Shown: piece by piece, positions 43,189 through 58,374 of the stretch
Layout of the letters: every line of letters starts with the position of its first letter
Numbering within the stretch: position 1 is the stretch's first letter
Source: the human T2T-CHM13v2.0 reference genome, Homo sapiens
Assembly: GCF_009914755.1 (NCBI RefSeq)
Contig: NC_060935.1
DNA length: 64,000 nucleotides
Reading direction: 5' to 3' (one strand)
Made by a program: the position numbers and the translations under genes
The notes under the pieces: generated by a model
What the model was told of the DNA's origin: nothing
Databases searched by the model: none
What the model saw: only the letters and a program-made list of their open reading frames with translations

Positions 43189-43383
43189 CCCTAACCTCTG
43201 AACTGCTGAGTTCGGATTTTTGTAAGTTTCTCCAACACTTCAGGCTACAACCTGCTACCAACATCAGAATTAGCCAGTGAGGCTCTGAAGCAGAGCTAAT
43301 GAAATATTTTCTGATATTGGGCTTCAGATATAGGGTTTAGTTTAGAAACTGGTTTAGCCAAGTTGAAATGTGTTGCTAACCAT

Positions 43384-43427
43384 CTCCTCCTCCTCCTCCT
43401 CCTCCTCCTCCTCCTCCTCCTCCTCCT
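43384..43427. repeat. (CTC)14 / (GGA)n trinucleotide microsatellite
   Basis: Direct read. Confidence 0.95.
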
Positions 43428-44014
43428 GCTGTCTTATTGTTCAGCCGTGTCCTCTACCTGCCATACACATTTCCTTCCCTTGGCCCTTTTGTGTTTAGGG
43501 AGGACATTTGTAACACTGCTGGCTCATTCAGGCTTATTGCAGGAGCAGCTCCCTCTTGCTGGGTAGCAACCCCTCTTCTGAAATGAATTAACTGTAGTAT
43601 CCAGGCAAACACACGCTGCCAGGACCTCATTCAGGTGGTGCCGGCATTTATCTCCCAACATCGGGCCTGGCCTCTAGAGACGATTAAGCCTGTGCTTTGC
43701 AGGTGCATCTTTTGTCCCCAGTAAAGCTCTCCACTTGAGCTGTCTTGCTCCTCTATGCCTTCCCCTTGTGAGGTGGTCTGAATCTGTCTGAACGACCCAT
43801 CAAGCCACAAAACAAAGTACATTAGCAAGACAAAGCTAAGCAAGCCCTCCCTCTATCCTCCCTGCCTCCTCCCCACCTCTCACTGGCTCTCCTGCTCTGC
43901 TCTAATCACTATCTATTAGCTATTAGAAGACATCAGGCAACCTTGGCTCCATCTTCTTTGAATAAGACACACACAGCCCCAAACAAACCCAGAGTTCATC
44001 AAGAGCACCAGAGC

Positions 44015-44048
44015 TGTGTGTGTGTGTGTGTGTGTCTGTGTGTGAGTG
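44015..44048. repeat. (TG)n microsatellite
   Basis: Direct read. Confidence 0.9.
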
Positions 44049-44849
44049 CACACTGGTGCAGTCCACAAAGGGCAGGTGCTGGCATCAAGCACAAAGCAAG
44101 GAAGTTGAGGAGATGCTGTCTATTAATGTCTTCAAAGCACTTATCAAATTAGAATGGCTTTTTGCTTTAAAATTGTATAATCACCCTTCCAGCTTGTCTC
44201 TTGAAAATGGCTGCAATCTCTAGGGGTTATTTGTGCCCAGGAAGTAAGAGTAGATTTTAAAAATTAATTTAGAACAATCTTTAAGCCCCTTTAAATTAAA
44301 TATTCTATGGACATGGATTGGATCCAGCTAGAGCAGTTATGCTCTACCTTTAGTTTATCAAGGCTAAGGCACTTAAAAAAATAAACTAGGATAAAAGCTA
44401 TTGTTATCCATTTACAATAGCAGCCACAACTGTCATCTGTAAAGGGTTTTGGAATATATCAGACACCTCCACATGCTTTGCTTTGGAGCCTAGCACTGGG
44501 TCTTTGAAGTAGATATTATTATCTCTATTTTGCAGACAAAGAAAGTGGGGTTCAGCACTATTAAGTGACTCACTGAAGGGTACACAGCTACTAGATGGCA
44601 GAGCAAGGACTCAAACCAGGTTAGAGGATTAGACTAGAACCCCCTCACTTTCTGACAAATACAGCCTTTCTCTTCCAGCTGCCATTCTGCAAAAGCAATA
44701 CCTAGCCTAAATGTAACTTGGGCAAAGATGTGAATGTTTTGCATTACTTGATTTCTGTCCATGCAGTTTTCCCACTGTCAGCTCCATCTCCATCCCTAAA
44801 CTTTTCTCTCTTTCCAAAGATGAACCAATAAACAACTTATGCTTGGCAC

Positions 44850-45342
44850 CAGCCCTTAGTTCTGACAGCACAGAGAATCACCAGGAGATCTTTCAAAATA
44901 CTGACTCTAGGACAAACATTGCATGATTGCACTCATAGGAGGTAACTGTCAACTTTGTAGAGCCAGAAGGTACATGGTGGTTACCAGGAGCGGCAAGGAG
45001 TGGAAATAGGGTGTTAGTGTTTAATGGGTAAGAGTTTCAATTTGGGAAGATGAAAAGGTTCTGGAGCTGGATGGTGGTAATCGTTGCATAGCATTGTGAA
45101 TGTACTTAATGCCACTAAATTGTACACTTAAAATGGTTAAAATGGTAAGTTTTATGTTACATATTTTACTAAAATTTTGTAAATGCAAAAATTAAAATAA
45201 AAAAATACTGATGCCCAAGTGCCAAAAAATGATGCATTAATTCAGAACCTCCAAGGGTGACTCCTGGGCATTGGAAATGTTTTAGAGCTCTCCGGGTTAT
45301 TCATATAAGCCAAGCTGCAGCCAAGCTAGAGAAGCCTGCTTT
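44850..45342. mobile_element. MER5A-like hAT element split by an L1 insertion
   Basis: agaatcaccaggagatctttcaaaatactga ... atactgatgccc...agagctctccgggttattc...agccaagctagagaa resembles MER5A. Confidence 0.6.
44905..45201 (+). mobile_element. L1M (L1MB-like) 3' UTR fragment with TSD AAAATACTGA
   Basis: tttgggaagatgaaaaggttctggagctggatggtggt...tgtgaatgtacttaatgccactaaattgtacacttaaaatggtta is typical of L1MB 3' ends; TSD at 44895-44904 and 45202-45211. Confidence 0.8.
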
Positions 45343-46689
45343 ATAGAACAGAGACAAACTAGAGAGAAATGAGGCCCATGTTAGAGCTACTCCAGATTTT
45401 CTTGGAGACACACTGGGCGGTTGTCTGGACCCAGATTGTCCTAGAAAAGGAATAGCAGGCCCTACTGGTATATTGATAAAGGTATAGGTAAGTGAAGAGA
45501 CTGTACGATCTTGATTAGTTTTTTGTCATTGTCATTGATGACTGATTTTATTGATGCATGATGTTACTGATTTAGACAACTGTACGTTCGTACATCTCAG
45601 AAATTTCTTTCTGACGTGTCCTCATTCAGTCCTCTAAAAAGTAGATATGGTGTTGGTAACGTGATTTTATAGGAAGGATACTGGGGTTGCAGAAGTTAAG
45701 TGGCCTTTTCAAGTGTGTAAGAGTCCTGGAGCCAGGGCTACTGACTTTCCACACCTTGTTCTCTCCCGTCCTCCAGGCTGCAGATGTGCGTGTGTCTGCC
45801 CTGGTCCCAGGTCAGAGCTTCCCTTTGTTTTTCTGGGCAAACCCTGCCGGAGGCCTTCCCAGCACACTCAGCTGGCCCAGCAGTGTGCAACAATCAGCAC
45901 ATCTCTTCCTCAGAGCTTCTTTGCATGCCTAAGCCCTCATTTCCTTAGTTCCTCATGCTGAATCTGTTTAAATACCTCTGACTTTCCAAAAGACAGAGGA
46001 TATTGAGTTCCTTGTTTATTAACTCCTGGAACTCATCAACCGGCCAAGGGCCTGTGGAGCACTGAGCTTCTAGCCCCAGCCTGGAGCCTTTCAGGACTGC
46101 CATTGAACACGGAAACTGAAAACCACAGCCCCACTGCAAGCGGAATGGCCATCTCCAGCCATTGCCTTGGCTGATGGATAAAAAGTCTGTCGGCTTGCAT
46201 GCTAAGTATGGAAAAGAGAGGGGAGAAACTACCTTTCTGTGTCCCTTAGAGTGAAATGCCTGGCTGGTGCTGAAGCCCATGTTAACGAGAGGCTGGCTTC
46301 TCTCCAGGAGAGTCCTAGGTGGCAGGAGCCATGCACATGGTAACAACAGCATTTTGGCAGCCTGGTAGGGTTTGCCAAGCACGTTCCTATCCATTATCCC
46401 GTTTGTGCCCTCTGGTGCCATCACCATGAGATGAGAAGGCTGGTAGTATTATTATCCCCCTTCTATAGATAATGAAAACAAGGCACAGAGAGATTTCAGG
46501 GTTCCTTAGAAGGCACCCAGGTCATGAAGCAGAACAAGACTCAAGTCCGGGCCTTTGGTGTGTTCTGTCCTTCCTCTAGGCTGCTTCTGGAATCATTATC
46601 TCAGCATACTTGATTCAAGCATCTGACAACATCTTAAGGATTCTTTAATACTCTCAATTTACCGAAGGTGGGCACTGGTCTCCTATTTC

Positions 46690-46880
46690 AGCATTATAGC
46701 ATACTGATTAAAAACTTGGGCTCTGGACTCAGACTGTGACCTGGACAAGGTGCTTACATTTTTCTGCCTCAGTTTTCTCATGTATAAATGAGGATAATTG
46801 TAGTGCCCCTTCAGGGATAATGTAAAACTCATAAATCAGCACAGTTTCTGACACACCAATAAGTGCTCAATAAAAGTTAT
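46690..46880 (+). mobile_element. MIR SINE
   Basis: gggctctggactcagactgtgacctggacaag...tgcctcagttttctcatgtataaatgaggataat...aagtgctcaataaa. Confidence 0.75.
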
Positions 46881-46935
46881 AATAAGGATAGTAAATTGTT
46901 ATTCTAATTTATTATAGTACAAATTCTAATAGTAA

Positions 46936-47226
<291 letters not shown>

Positions 47227-47332
47227 TAATTACAGTATCCCGCTAATTACAGTATTTTTGAGGGTTTACCAGATGTTAACACCGTACCAAGGGTCGTGAA
47301 GGATACTATACATAGATAGCCAAGCTGCTTTA

Positions 47333-47722
<390 letters not shown>

Positions 47723-49202
47723 CTACACACAAGAAATTTTCTGAGTGTAATGAAGAGATGGAAAATCATTAATGCTCAAGCTGAACATCTCCTCCAAATC
47801 CCTTATAGAACAGGAGAGATCTGAGGCCAGAGAAGGTGTGGACCCAGCCATGGTCACACAGGGAGTGAAGACAAATATATACAATTATTCCTATGTAGGC
47901 AGATGTTATAGATACATGATACCTTAGTCAGGAATTGACCTAAATTCTGTGATTCATGCTCTCCTCCATTCATTCATTTCTTTCTTATGGAGAATCTTCT
48001 CTGCATAGAATACCAGGCTGAGCCCTAAAACCATGGTGAACACAGCACACTACCTACCCTCAAGCAGGTTCTAGTCAAACAGAGAGACAGACAGCTAAGT
48101 AAGTAAGGAACTACTGTGCTTTAGAGTGAGGGCAATGCACGTATATTACCACGTCTTTCAATTTTCCCCTGCATTTAGCTCCTGTGTGGATGTCCTTTAT
48201 GATTTTAGAGGTCATAGTAAAAGATGGAGGCCTCTAGCAAGCTGCAGCATGGCAGGGCTGGAAATAGATGTTGAAGCAAAGGGAAGGAGGAAGGCACCAA
48301 GGAAACCAGCGTGTTTGTTGGGGTGGGTGTGTGAGCTTTCAAGTTGGGTTTTGGAGACAGGAGCCCAGGTGAGCCCTTGCAGGAATAACTGAGGCCTGGG
48401 TGTTTGATGTGGGTTTCAGGAAGACACCCTGGGGTAGAACCTGTGCACCATGGCTTCCTGGTACCTGGAAAACCGGGTGCAGTTGGATGTTTCATTGTGA
48501 GACAGGAAGCTCAGCGAAGGAGCGGAGAGCCAGGGACTTGTGTCAAAATCATTTGGCCGGGGAGGGCGGAGTAGGTGGGCATGGAGCTGAAATAAGACTG
48601 ACCATGAATTCATGATTGTTAAAGCAGGGTGATGGGGCCTCAGGGTTCATTAGACTTTCCTCTCTACTTGTATATATCTTAGAAATTCTCCGTAACTCAA
48701 AAAATGCCTCAAGATATCTTTGCCTTATTTCTCCGGGCGAAGAGTTTCCTGAGGAGGGCATCTTTGTCCCTCGCGATATGCACTGCCTGTGTCAGGCTGA
48801 TGCGCTCCCGGGTGCAGTACTTGGGAAGGCGGGCATTTGGCAGCCTTGTGTGTGTGTCTGTGCAGGAGGGCGTGAGCTGGTGCTCAGTGTGGAGGTGGGC
48901 TGTGTGTGTTGCCTTGTAGAGTGCAGCGTATGGGGGCTAGGTCTGGAACATGTGTACCCAAAGGAAAAGGCCTGTAATACTGTGAGGTAATCTCCTGTTA
49001 TTTTTAGGGAGTAAATAACATCTCTCATGCAGCAGGTTGTGTGACCCCACAGGCCCCATCTACGTCAGCTCACACACACTTCAAATTGGAGGGTATCGCG
49101 GCCTCACAGGAGAGCCTGTGAAGAACATTGTCATTATATGTTCTTCCTTTATGATGAAATGTGCCTAAGCCATTCTTAGCAAAAGCAGGGATGATTGCTG
49201 GA

Positions 49203-49223
49203 TGTGTGTGTGTGTGCATGCAT

Positions 49224-49259
<36 letters not shown>

Positions 49260-49267
49260 ACGCGCGC
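49203..49267. repeat. (TG)n...CACGCGCGC alternating purine-pyrimidine tract
   Basis: Perfect alternation over 49225-49267. Confidence 0.92.
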
Positions 49268-49435
49268 TGTTTCTGTGGTCCAAAGGAAAGATTTATGATT
49301 ATGGGATAGACAGTAGCTTGCTCTCTCTATTTTATTTTTTAAAAACTGTTTTCCTTTGAAATTCCTGAGTTAATGTTCTGTCTGCTTTCTATCTGACCCT
49401 CTTCGGAGAGTTGCATTTTTTTTTTTTTTTTCACA

Positions 49436-49448
49436 AGAGAGAGATTAA

Positions 49449-49480
<32 letters not shown>

Positions 49481-49530
49481 ACGAGGGTGACAGAGAGAAA
49501 CAGAGATCGGGGGAGGAGGGAGAGCGAGAG
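49436..49530. repeat. (GA)n-rich polypurine tract
   Basis: Direct read; preceded by a poly-T run. Confidence 0.85.
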
Positions 49531-51997
49531 AACTGGAAACAAAGACTCGTTGTCTCTAAGCTGGAGCAGGCAGGAAACCCCAATCCCTCGGGAACTTAGC
49601 CAGCCCGCCCTGTCCTGGAGTCAGACTCCAGCTCTCTGAATTCAATTTGACAGCTTGTCTGGGACACTTTCTAAGTAACCATTATCCTTCCTTTCTCTAA
49701 GTAAAAGGACTGTTATTTCTTTTCGTGGGTGTGCTGTGCGAACTGCTATTGCACACGTGTGGCTCACACAGTGACTAGGACACACTTTCCTCAAATTATT
49801 GGAAACAGCCCGTTTCCTAAGACAAGTGTAAATTTGTTCCAGGATAATAAGGCAAAAGACTGAGTATCAGTCCACTGCCTTATTAGAGGTGGGCCTATTC
49901 CATTAGAGGAGGAATTTTGTGTATGTAGGTTTTACTTCTTTGAGGATTCTTTTGAAATAGACACAAACAACAATATCTCCCAATGATCATTCTCCCCAGT
50001 TTCTGTGTTAATTGGTGGATTAATTTAATGAAACGCATCACCATACATCCCACTGTGGAGGGAACTCAGATGTCCTCAAAGCTACCAGAGGTTGTGCAGG
50101 CCACGGGCACAACTAGGGGTGACCACCTAGAGTTCAAAGGAGGCTGTCTTCTGCCTGGGAACAGGGCCATCCTGGGGTTTCTTTTAATTACTCAGACCCA
50201 GTTGAGTCACCACCATAACCTGAGGGACTGTGAGGTGATCACCTGCCCTTCAATGTGTTCCTATTGGAAGACCATCCCGATTCAGCTCTGTGGGACCGCT
50301 AGAGACAAGTTCCAGAACTGTCTGGATCCCCCTGGAGCGTAGAGGTGTGATAGTTTTGCTCAGTAATACAGCTTTGCCCATTTAGGTTCTGACCCAAAGA
50401 CCTGTCCTTCAAACATGACTTGGTTCCTGTCTACTCTATCTTCAACCACACTTTGGAATAATGTTTCCCCATTCTTCCTTTGCCGGGTATACCTTTCATC
50501 CGTCTCAGTCCCCACCCCCAGTCCATATTCTAGGAAACCACACTCACCCTTTAGGGCCGTGGTCAGATCAGACAGCATCACCTCATTACGGTCTTGTGCA
50601 CCCTTCCCCAGGATGCTTTGCTTATACCCACTGTTTTACCAATACAGCATTCAATAGATTCTAGCCCAGCAGTCTTCTGTCTTGTGAGACGGGAAGCGTC
50701 TTGAAGGTAGGGACTATTGGATGGATGGATGAAAATAATAGGCAAAGTACCTTAAACTGTTCCCCAGCAGTCTGGTGTAGAACTAACCCTTTGAGATGTT
50801 TCTACAAGGTGGATGTTTTGGCTCTATCCACTGCAGCTGCTGGTGTGGCATTGCCTTTCCTCCCTACCCTGCCCTAAATTTCCATTGCATGGGACCCCAG
50901 GGTGGTTCCTTGGAAGCTGTGATCAGTCCCATCCCTGAGCAGGGAAGCAAAACTGATAAAGAGCAGATTTCAATCACAAGATGATGGCACCAGAGCCCCT
51001 TCTTGGCCCAACCACCGCAGGATCCTGCTGCCAACTGGACTCCACAGGCCCTTCAGGTCTCTGCCCATCAGGAGGAGGCTGAGGACACGCCAAGCCGAGG
51101 AAAGGTGACGCTGCAGGGAGAATGTACCTTCTGCTCAATTCCACCTTCCTTTCTTCACTTATGCCCCAGACAGCCACAATAAGAGCTAACATTTGTTAAG
51201 CACCTACTATGTGCCAAGAAATTTCCTATTCATTTCACATTTATCCTTCATAAAACCTTGTTAAGTTGGCACTATGATTATTCCCATTTTACCTGAATCA
51301 CAGGTATGATGTTAAGCCTGAATCACAAAGCTAGTATGAAACAGAAACAGAAGAGAGCCTGTTCCTGTAGTCCCCTCCCCACCTAGGCAATGGCAAGGGC
51401 TCCAAAATGACCCTTTCCTACTTCATCTACCACCCCCATCATGCATTTCCCCCAAGTAGCTGATGTTGTCTAGTTGCTAAGATATATTCATCTATTGACT
51501 CCTGCTACCATCTAAAAAATCAGGAGCCTGACCCAGTGCAATCAATCTTATTTGCATTTCAAGAAGCAATCTAGCAATTTAGAATTTTAGAAATTCCACT
51601 ATAAAGAGGTTGTTTGCCAGGTGGGATGGGGCGGTGGTAATGGAGCTGCAAAGTATATAAAAGAAACATGCTTTGTCCACGCTTATCAGTCAAATTCTTT
51701 CTTTCTATCCATCCCTGGAGAGAGAGAGGGAGAGGAAGCTTCTTCCATGCCACATGGAGACAAACGGGCTTCAGACATCTTCTAGTGAAAGACCAACGTA
51801 TAGGAAGCATCATTTGTGGTGGTTTCACAGATTTTTTTTATTGTTACGCTTTATAATTTATATAATTATACACATATCCTTTTGTGTTTAATACTACATT
51901 TAAGAGGATAAAGGAAAACAAGAGATTTAGAAAACAAAGTATTATATTGAGTAACACTCTATTGATGAGAATTTCAATAAACTGAATTTAAGAAACC

Positions 51998-52373
<376 letters not shown>

Positions 52374-53955
52374 TCATGGGTCTATCAGTTTCATGGGTAA
52401 TCCTCTGCCTCTGTAAGCTTCATAAACCCATGGTTCCCAAGGAGAAGAAGGAAGAGATGTCAAAATCAACTTAAAGCATCTTAAAGACACGTCCAGGATG
52501 CTCCAGCTGCCCCACCCTGCCCCGTGTCCCTCCATAAATTCACCTGTGCCCTTGGTAGATGAAGGAATGAGGAGAAGGTTGGAGATGAACACTTGTGTTC
52601 TTAGAATAATCTCCTTCCATTGCTCTGGAATGCCCCACCCCTGCCCTGCCCCAGTATTGAGAGCCAGGGCTTCATCCCAATGCTTAACTGGAGAAGAAAG
52701 GCACCTTCCTGCCACTACAGAGTTCGCCTCTTCTCACCCCTGTGCCAGAAGGCTCCAGGCCAGGCACTGCTCCTGACCACTCAGAAGTTCCCACTTTGCC
52801 CTTTCTGCCTTCCCTGGGCTGTCTTTGGTCTTTCTGCTTATCAGAGCTGCCCTTAAATGCACCCTGAATAAATCAAGACCCTCATAGGTGCCCATGTGCT
52901 CTGCTACATTAATGATGGTGACAATGAATGCATGAGCCCTGCTACATTTTAGTAAAGGACGGTGACATTAGGTAAACCTCCAAGTGGGGCAGGGAACTGG
53001 TGCCAGGCTGTGGGACTGTTGCTGGGGGTCTCCAGAGCACCCTCCCCATTCGTTCCCATTGGACTCAGCCCAACAATGACTCCTCCCGCACTGCCAAGAA
53101 GGGGCTTTCATGACCCTGAGTGCTTGGCAGGGTAGAGCTCCACTACAGTTCTCAGTGGCAGTTCACATCCACTGGTTGGGCCGTTTGGGTTTTGCATGTC
53201 TTCTAATTTATCTGCAGACTCTGGGATGTTACTATTTTAGGCCTGCCATCTCTACCAAGTTTCCCCTTGACACTACACGCTCATCCCACTCCAGACGACA
53301 GAGCGAGGACTGCAGATGCAGTTGGCCTTGCTTGATGCAGCTTCATTGCTATTGCTTGGTTCACAATAGAAGTTAAAAGTGATCCCCGTTGGCCATTTAG
53401 AGGAGAAGGGTCCCAAAATACTTTGGGAAAAAAAAGGACAGGCCTATAATGCTCTGCCAGGGGCCACCTCAGCACAGAGTGTTCCAAATGTGTTGGTTCT
53501 GCCTAATATACTGATTTAGAAATTCCACCACATGGAGGTTATTTGAGGCGATTGGTAGCTGGAAGGTATTTAAAAGAAACTTGTTTCACCAAATTCTCAT
53601 CAACCAAATTCTTTCTTTCATCTATCTGGAGAGAGAGAGAGACGGAGAAGCTTCTTTTGTGCCAGACAGAGATCTATGAGCTTAGGGCATCTTCTAGTGA
53701 AAGGCCAATGTATAGGAAACATCATTTGTTATTTTAATATAAAAACCTTTCTAATCCCTTTTTATAGATTGAATAACTCTCTCTCTTCAGAAGCCCTTAT
53801 CTAAGATAATAAAGAGCATATTTCTCATGAAATATCCTTGTTGGAGAAAAGAAAGTCCTTGAGGAGGAAATATGGAGGCTAGAAACACTACCCAGGTTGT
53901 GAGTGGGCTTTTTCTTTCTTGTCTCAGGGATCTGTAAGATCGAGAAGTTTAACAT

Positions 53956-54250
53956 GGGTCAGGTGTGGTGGCTCACGCCTGTAATCTCAACATTTTGGGA
54001 GGTCGAGGTGGAAAGATCACTTAAACTCAGGAGTTCAAGATCAGCCTAGGCAACATAGGGAGAGTCAATCTCTACATCAAATAAAAAAATTAGCCAGGCA
54101 TGGTGGCACGGGCCTGTGGTCCCAACTATTTGGGAGGCTTAGGCACAAGAATTGCTTGAGCCTGGGAGGTCAAAGCTGCAGTGAGCCAACATTGCGCCAC
54201 TTCACTCCAGCCTGAGCGACAGAGTGAGGCCCTGTTTCAAAATAAAAATA
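53956..54250 (+). mobile_element. Alu SINE (AluJ-like)
   Basis: Dimeric Alu with J-type features. Confidence 0.9.
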
Positions 54251-54722
54251 TTAAACAGAGGCTTAACATGCCTCTTTGATAAAGTTTAAATTCTTGTATT
54301 TGGCATATTCTAAAGAAAAGATGGTAAAATTAAGTGGGACAATTACTTTATCTGTCAAAATCCAACACACTCTTCAAAACCCGATTCAAGTCCTATCTGC
54401 CTCAAGATATGTTTTTCTTCCTCCTTAAGACTATAGTCTCCTCTCGGAGCCTCACCTCATTCACAGGCTATTTATGGACCTAATTACAGATTACCTTGTG
54501 GTCTTTAATTGTGAGTTTTCTCCTGGCTCTTTTCTTCCAGCCCTGTATATATTCAGTAAATACCATTGAATATTTACTCAATCCTGCTCCAATAAAGGAA
54601 GAACCAGAAGAAATTAGCTTTGGTTGACACAAGAAAAATTAACTTCTTATGTCCCATGAACTAAACTCTGAAAAAGAGTATCAGCTAGAGTTCTGTAGGA
54701 TGCGTTAGAATATAGAAAGCAA

Positions 54723-55014
54723 TTTTTTTTTTTTTTTTTTTTGAGACAGAGTCTTGCCCTCTCGCCCAGGCTGGAGTTCAGTGACGCTCACTGCAAGCTC
54801 CGCCTCCCGGGTTCACACCATTCTCCTGCCTCAGCCTCCCGAGTAGCTGGGACTACAGGCACCCACCACCACGCCCAACTAATTTTTTGTATTTTTAGTA
54901 GAGACATGGTTTCACCATGTTAGTCAGGATGGTCTTGATCTCCTCACCTCGTGATCTGCCTGCCTCTGCCTCCCAAAGTGCTGGGATTACAGGCGTGAGC
55001 CACTGCGCCCAGCC
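54723..55014 (-). mobile_element. AluY-like SINE with TSD tagaaagca
   Basis: Reverse Alu; TSD at ~54713-54721 and ~55016-55024. Confidence 0.92.
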
Positions 55015-55641
55015 CTAGAAAGCATTTTCATATGCATGGTGTCATTTATTCTCAAAAGATCCCTGTGAGGATCCAGTGTGCTATTTGCTTTTCCAAACTC
55101 TTAAATTTAGGAATAATCACACCACTCTCTCCCGCCCCTGCCAAGTATCTACCTTTTACAGAGAGGTTCAATAAGAGGTTCAGAGAGGTTAAGTCATTTG
55201 CCTCAGACCACACAGCTCATAACTGACAGAGATGAGAGGCAAAGCAAGGAGTTCTGACCCCCCAGCCCAGAGTTCTTTCCTTTGCAATGAGCCATTTCCC
55301 TGTTTGGAATGGATTCACGAGAAATTATGGAATTTCTTCCCATGAAGATCTTTAAGAGCCCTTAGTAACACCACCAACAGTCCTATGCTTGATAAATTTT
55401 AGGTATCACTCTTCCAAAGAGATGAAAATCATTCTTGGTATCATTTTGAAAAATCTTTGAGCTTAAGAAGTCTTCGGCCTTTTGGGCCTGTCTGCAAAAT
55501 AATTATCAGCCCTGCCCAATACACTAGAGGAGGTTAGAGAGAGGCAGTTTTTTGCTATGAGTCATAATTTCAATTTCTATTAAAATTCTTACATGGCCAC
55601 ATATGCTACCTCTCAGGCTTTGGGCCTCTGGGCCTGTGCTA

Positions 55642-56209
<568 letters not shown>

Positions 56210-56649
56210 CTACACTGAACCCAGAGACTTGTCCTTTCCTGCAAAGCATTTCAGACATAGGTCAAAAGGCAAATCATGGGAATTGTTGGGATTTTACGTT
56301 TCTTGATTTGAATGGCCGTTCTAATTCAACGTGAATCCAAGACCACAGACTTGACAATCACCTGATTCAAAATATGTGAAAAGTACTTGAGTCTTTAAAA
56401 TATGGGGTTCATCTCACCTTTTACTATTCCTCTCCCAAACATCAAAGAGATGCTGTCAAGTTTCTTAGCTAACTTTGCTATCCTACAACATAAAGCAACT
56501 CTCATGCATAAAAAACTAATTAAAAGGAATTGGCTTTCCAGAGGGACTTTGAGACCAATGTCAGCCAATCTGTCACTTTTCAAAATAAAATTATGGAACT
56601 ATGTAGAGCTCTATTTTCATAATGTTAGATCAAGTCTTTGCTCAAATTC

Positions 56650-56877
56650 TATATTTTCAGAGAAGACCTCCCATCCCTGCACTGCCTACTTCCCTCCTCT
56701 GGTTTTCTCTTCTTCATAGCATTCATCGCCTTCTAATATACAATGTAATTTACTACTTGTCTTGAATGTCAGCTCCACAGAGGAAGGACGTTTGTCTAGC
56801 GATTGTTGTGTTCTCAGCATGTAAAGTGTCTGGCAAGGTAGTAGACATTCAGTAAAACATTGTTGAATGAATAAATG
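56650..56877 (+). mobile_element. L2 LINE 3' end
   Basis: ttcttcatagcattcatc...gaatgtcagctccac...gtctggc...cattgttgaatgaataaat. Confidence 0.7.
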
Positions 56878-58171
56878 TGTGGTGGGACATAAGGCATCAA
56901 TTAAATCCAATAAGTTGGTGATGGCGAGGGGCAAGAATGAATTTTTGAGAGAAACAAAGGTGCTTAAGATACAACCCCTCTTCCTAAAGATGATCACCTA
57001 GCGAGGGACACAAGCGTACAAAGAATTACACTCAAAGGCTAAGCAGGACACGGGCAGTAGACACAAGACAATTCACCAGTGAGCCTTGACCTGCAGAACT
57101 TTGAAAGCAAAGGACACAGAAGCTGAATGTTACGCAGACCCAAGAGTGTATCCCCTATGGCCAAGGAGAAGAAGGGCAACCTCGCTGTGAACATTGCAAC
57201 CTATGAGGGTCGGAGCAGGGCAGAGGGCGTTGCGTATAAACTGCCTCTCATTTATCCTCAAGCCTGATTACCTAAGTGAACTGTTATGTTTTCTTCTTTC
57301 TACCTGGAATCCTCTTAAACCAGAGGCAGATTTGACCTAAGAAGTATGCAATTTAGTTGCGTCTACATGACCCAATATGGAAGGAAGTTTTGGCAAACAC
57401 CCAGTTAATCTAGTCAGTATGAATTGCTATTCCACATGAGGCTGGCTCAAAAATCCCACTTTGAGGCCTTATCAAAATAAATAGGTCATTTAGACATCTG
57501 TGTCACTTAGACACAGAGCCTGTGGGAGAAATGAAATAGAAGAAGGTCCCAGGTTCAGCAGGGAGCCTCACGTGGCCATGGCAAGGCTGTGCCCAGAGAA
57601 TGTGCCACTTCACTCTCCACGCTTTTCATATTTAAAAGTCAGCTATTTCTTCCAAGCCTTTTCCTCGTAGGTCTTTTTTTCCCTTTGCCCATCTAATATC
57701 TTCAACAGTACCTCCATTATGCTCCACACAGCAGGGTCAGCTCCGAGGCAGAGGGGCTGTTGGATTCCAGGACAAGATCCTTGAGCAAAGGAAACCTGAT
57801 CCAGGATGTTTTTTCCCTGTGAGTTCCAAGTTTGGGGAAAGCGTTCCCTGGATATTTTCCTCCTTCCAAGGTCTCAGTGGATGCCAAGCTCCTCTGTTGC
57901 TCTTTGGGATGTAAGACGCCGCTGAAGTGAAGGTTTAATAGCCCCTCTAGAATGGTGGGATGTAGTGAGGACTTGGTCCTGAGCTTCAAGGCCAGGTGGC
58001 CAGTGACTCTGGCACCTGACAGTGGGGGAGGAAGGAGGATGCTGGGTAATGCCTGGGCCTAACAGCCAGGCAGACCACCTGTAGCCATCAGCCCTCTCTG
58101 TCTTCTGGGATGGGGTTTCTCAAACCAGGGTCCAGGATAATAATCCACCTCTTCTTTTAAAAGAAAGCCAC

Positions 58172-58374
58172 GATTTATTTTATTATATTATTATTATTAT
58201 TATTATTTTTTTTTTTTTTTTGCTTTGGAGACAGGATCTCACTTTGTCACCCAGGCTGGAGTACAATAGTGTAATCATAGCTCACTGCAGCCTTAAACTC
58301 CTGGCCTCAAGTGTTCCTCCCACCTTGGCCTCCCAAAGTGCTGGGATTACAGCCCTGAGCCACCACACCCAGCC
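58172..58374 (-). mobile_element. Alu monomer (FRAM/FLAM-like) with (TTA)n tail
   Basis: Single-arm reverse Alu. Confidence 0.8.

Noticed and set aside
43363-43566. Poly-Leu ORF resembling a signal peptide
   Set aside because: Produced by the (CTC)n microsatellite, with a TTG start and no supporting gene structure.
44585-44603. CTCF-like CTACTAGATGGCAG
   Set aside because: Mismatch at a key core position, and it lies within MIR-like sequence.
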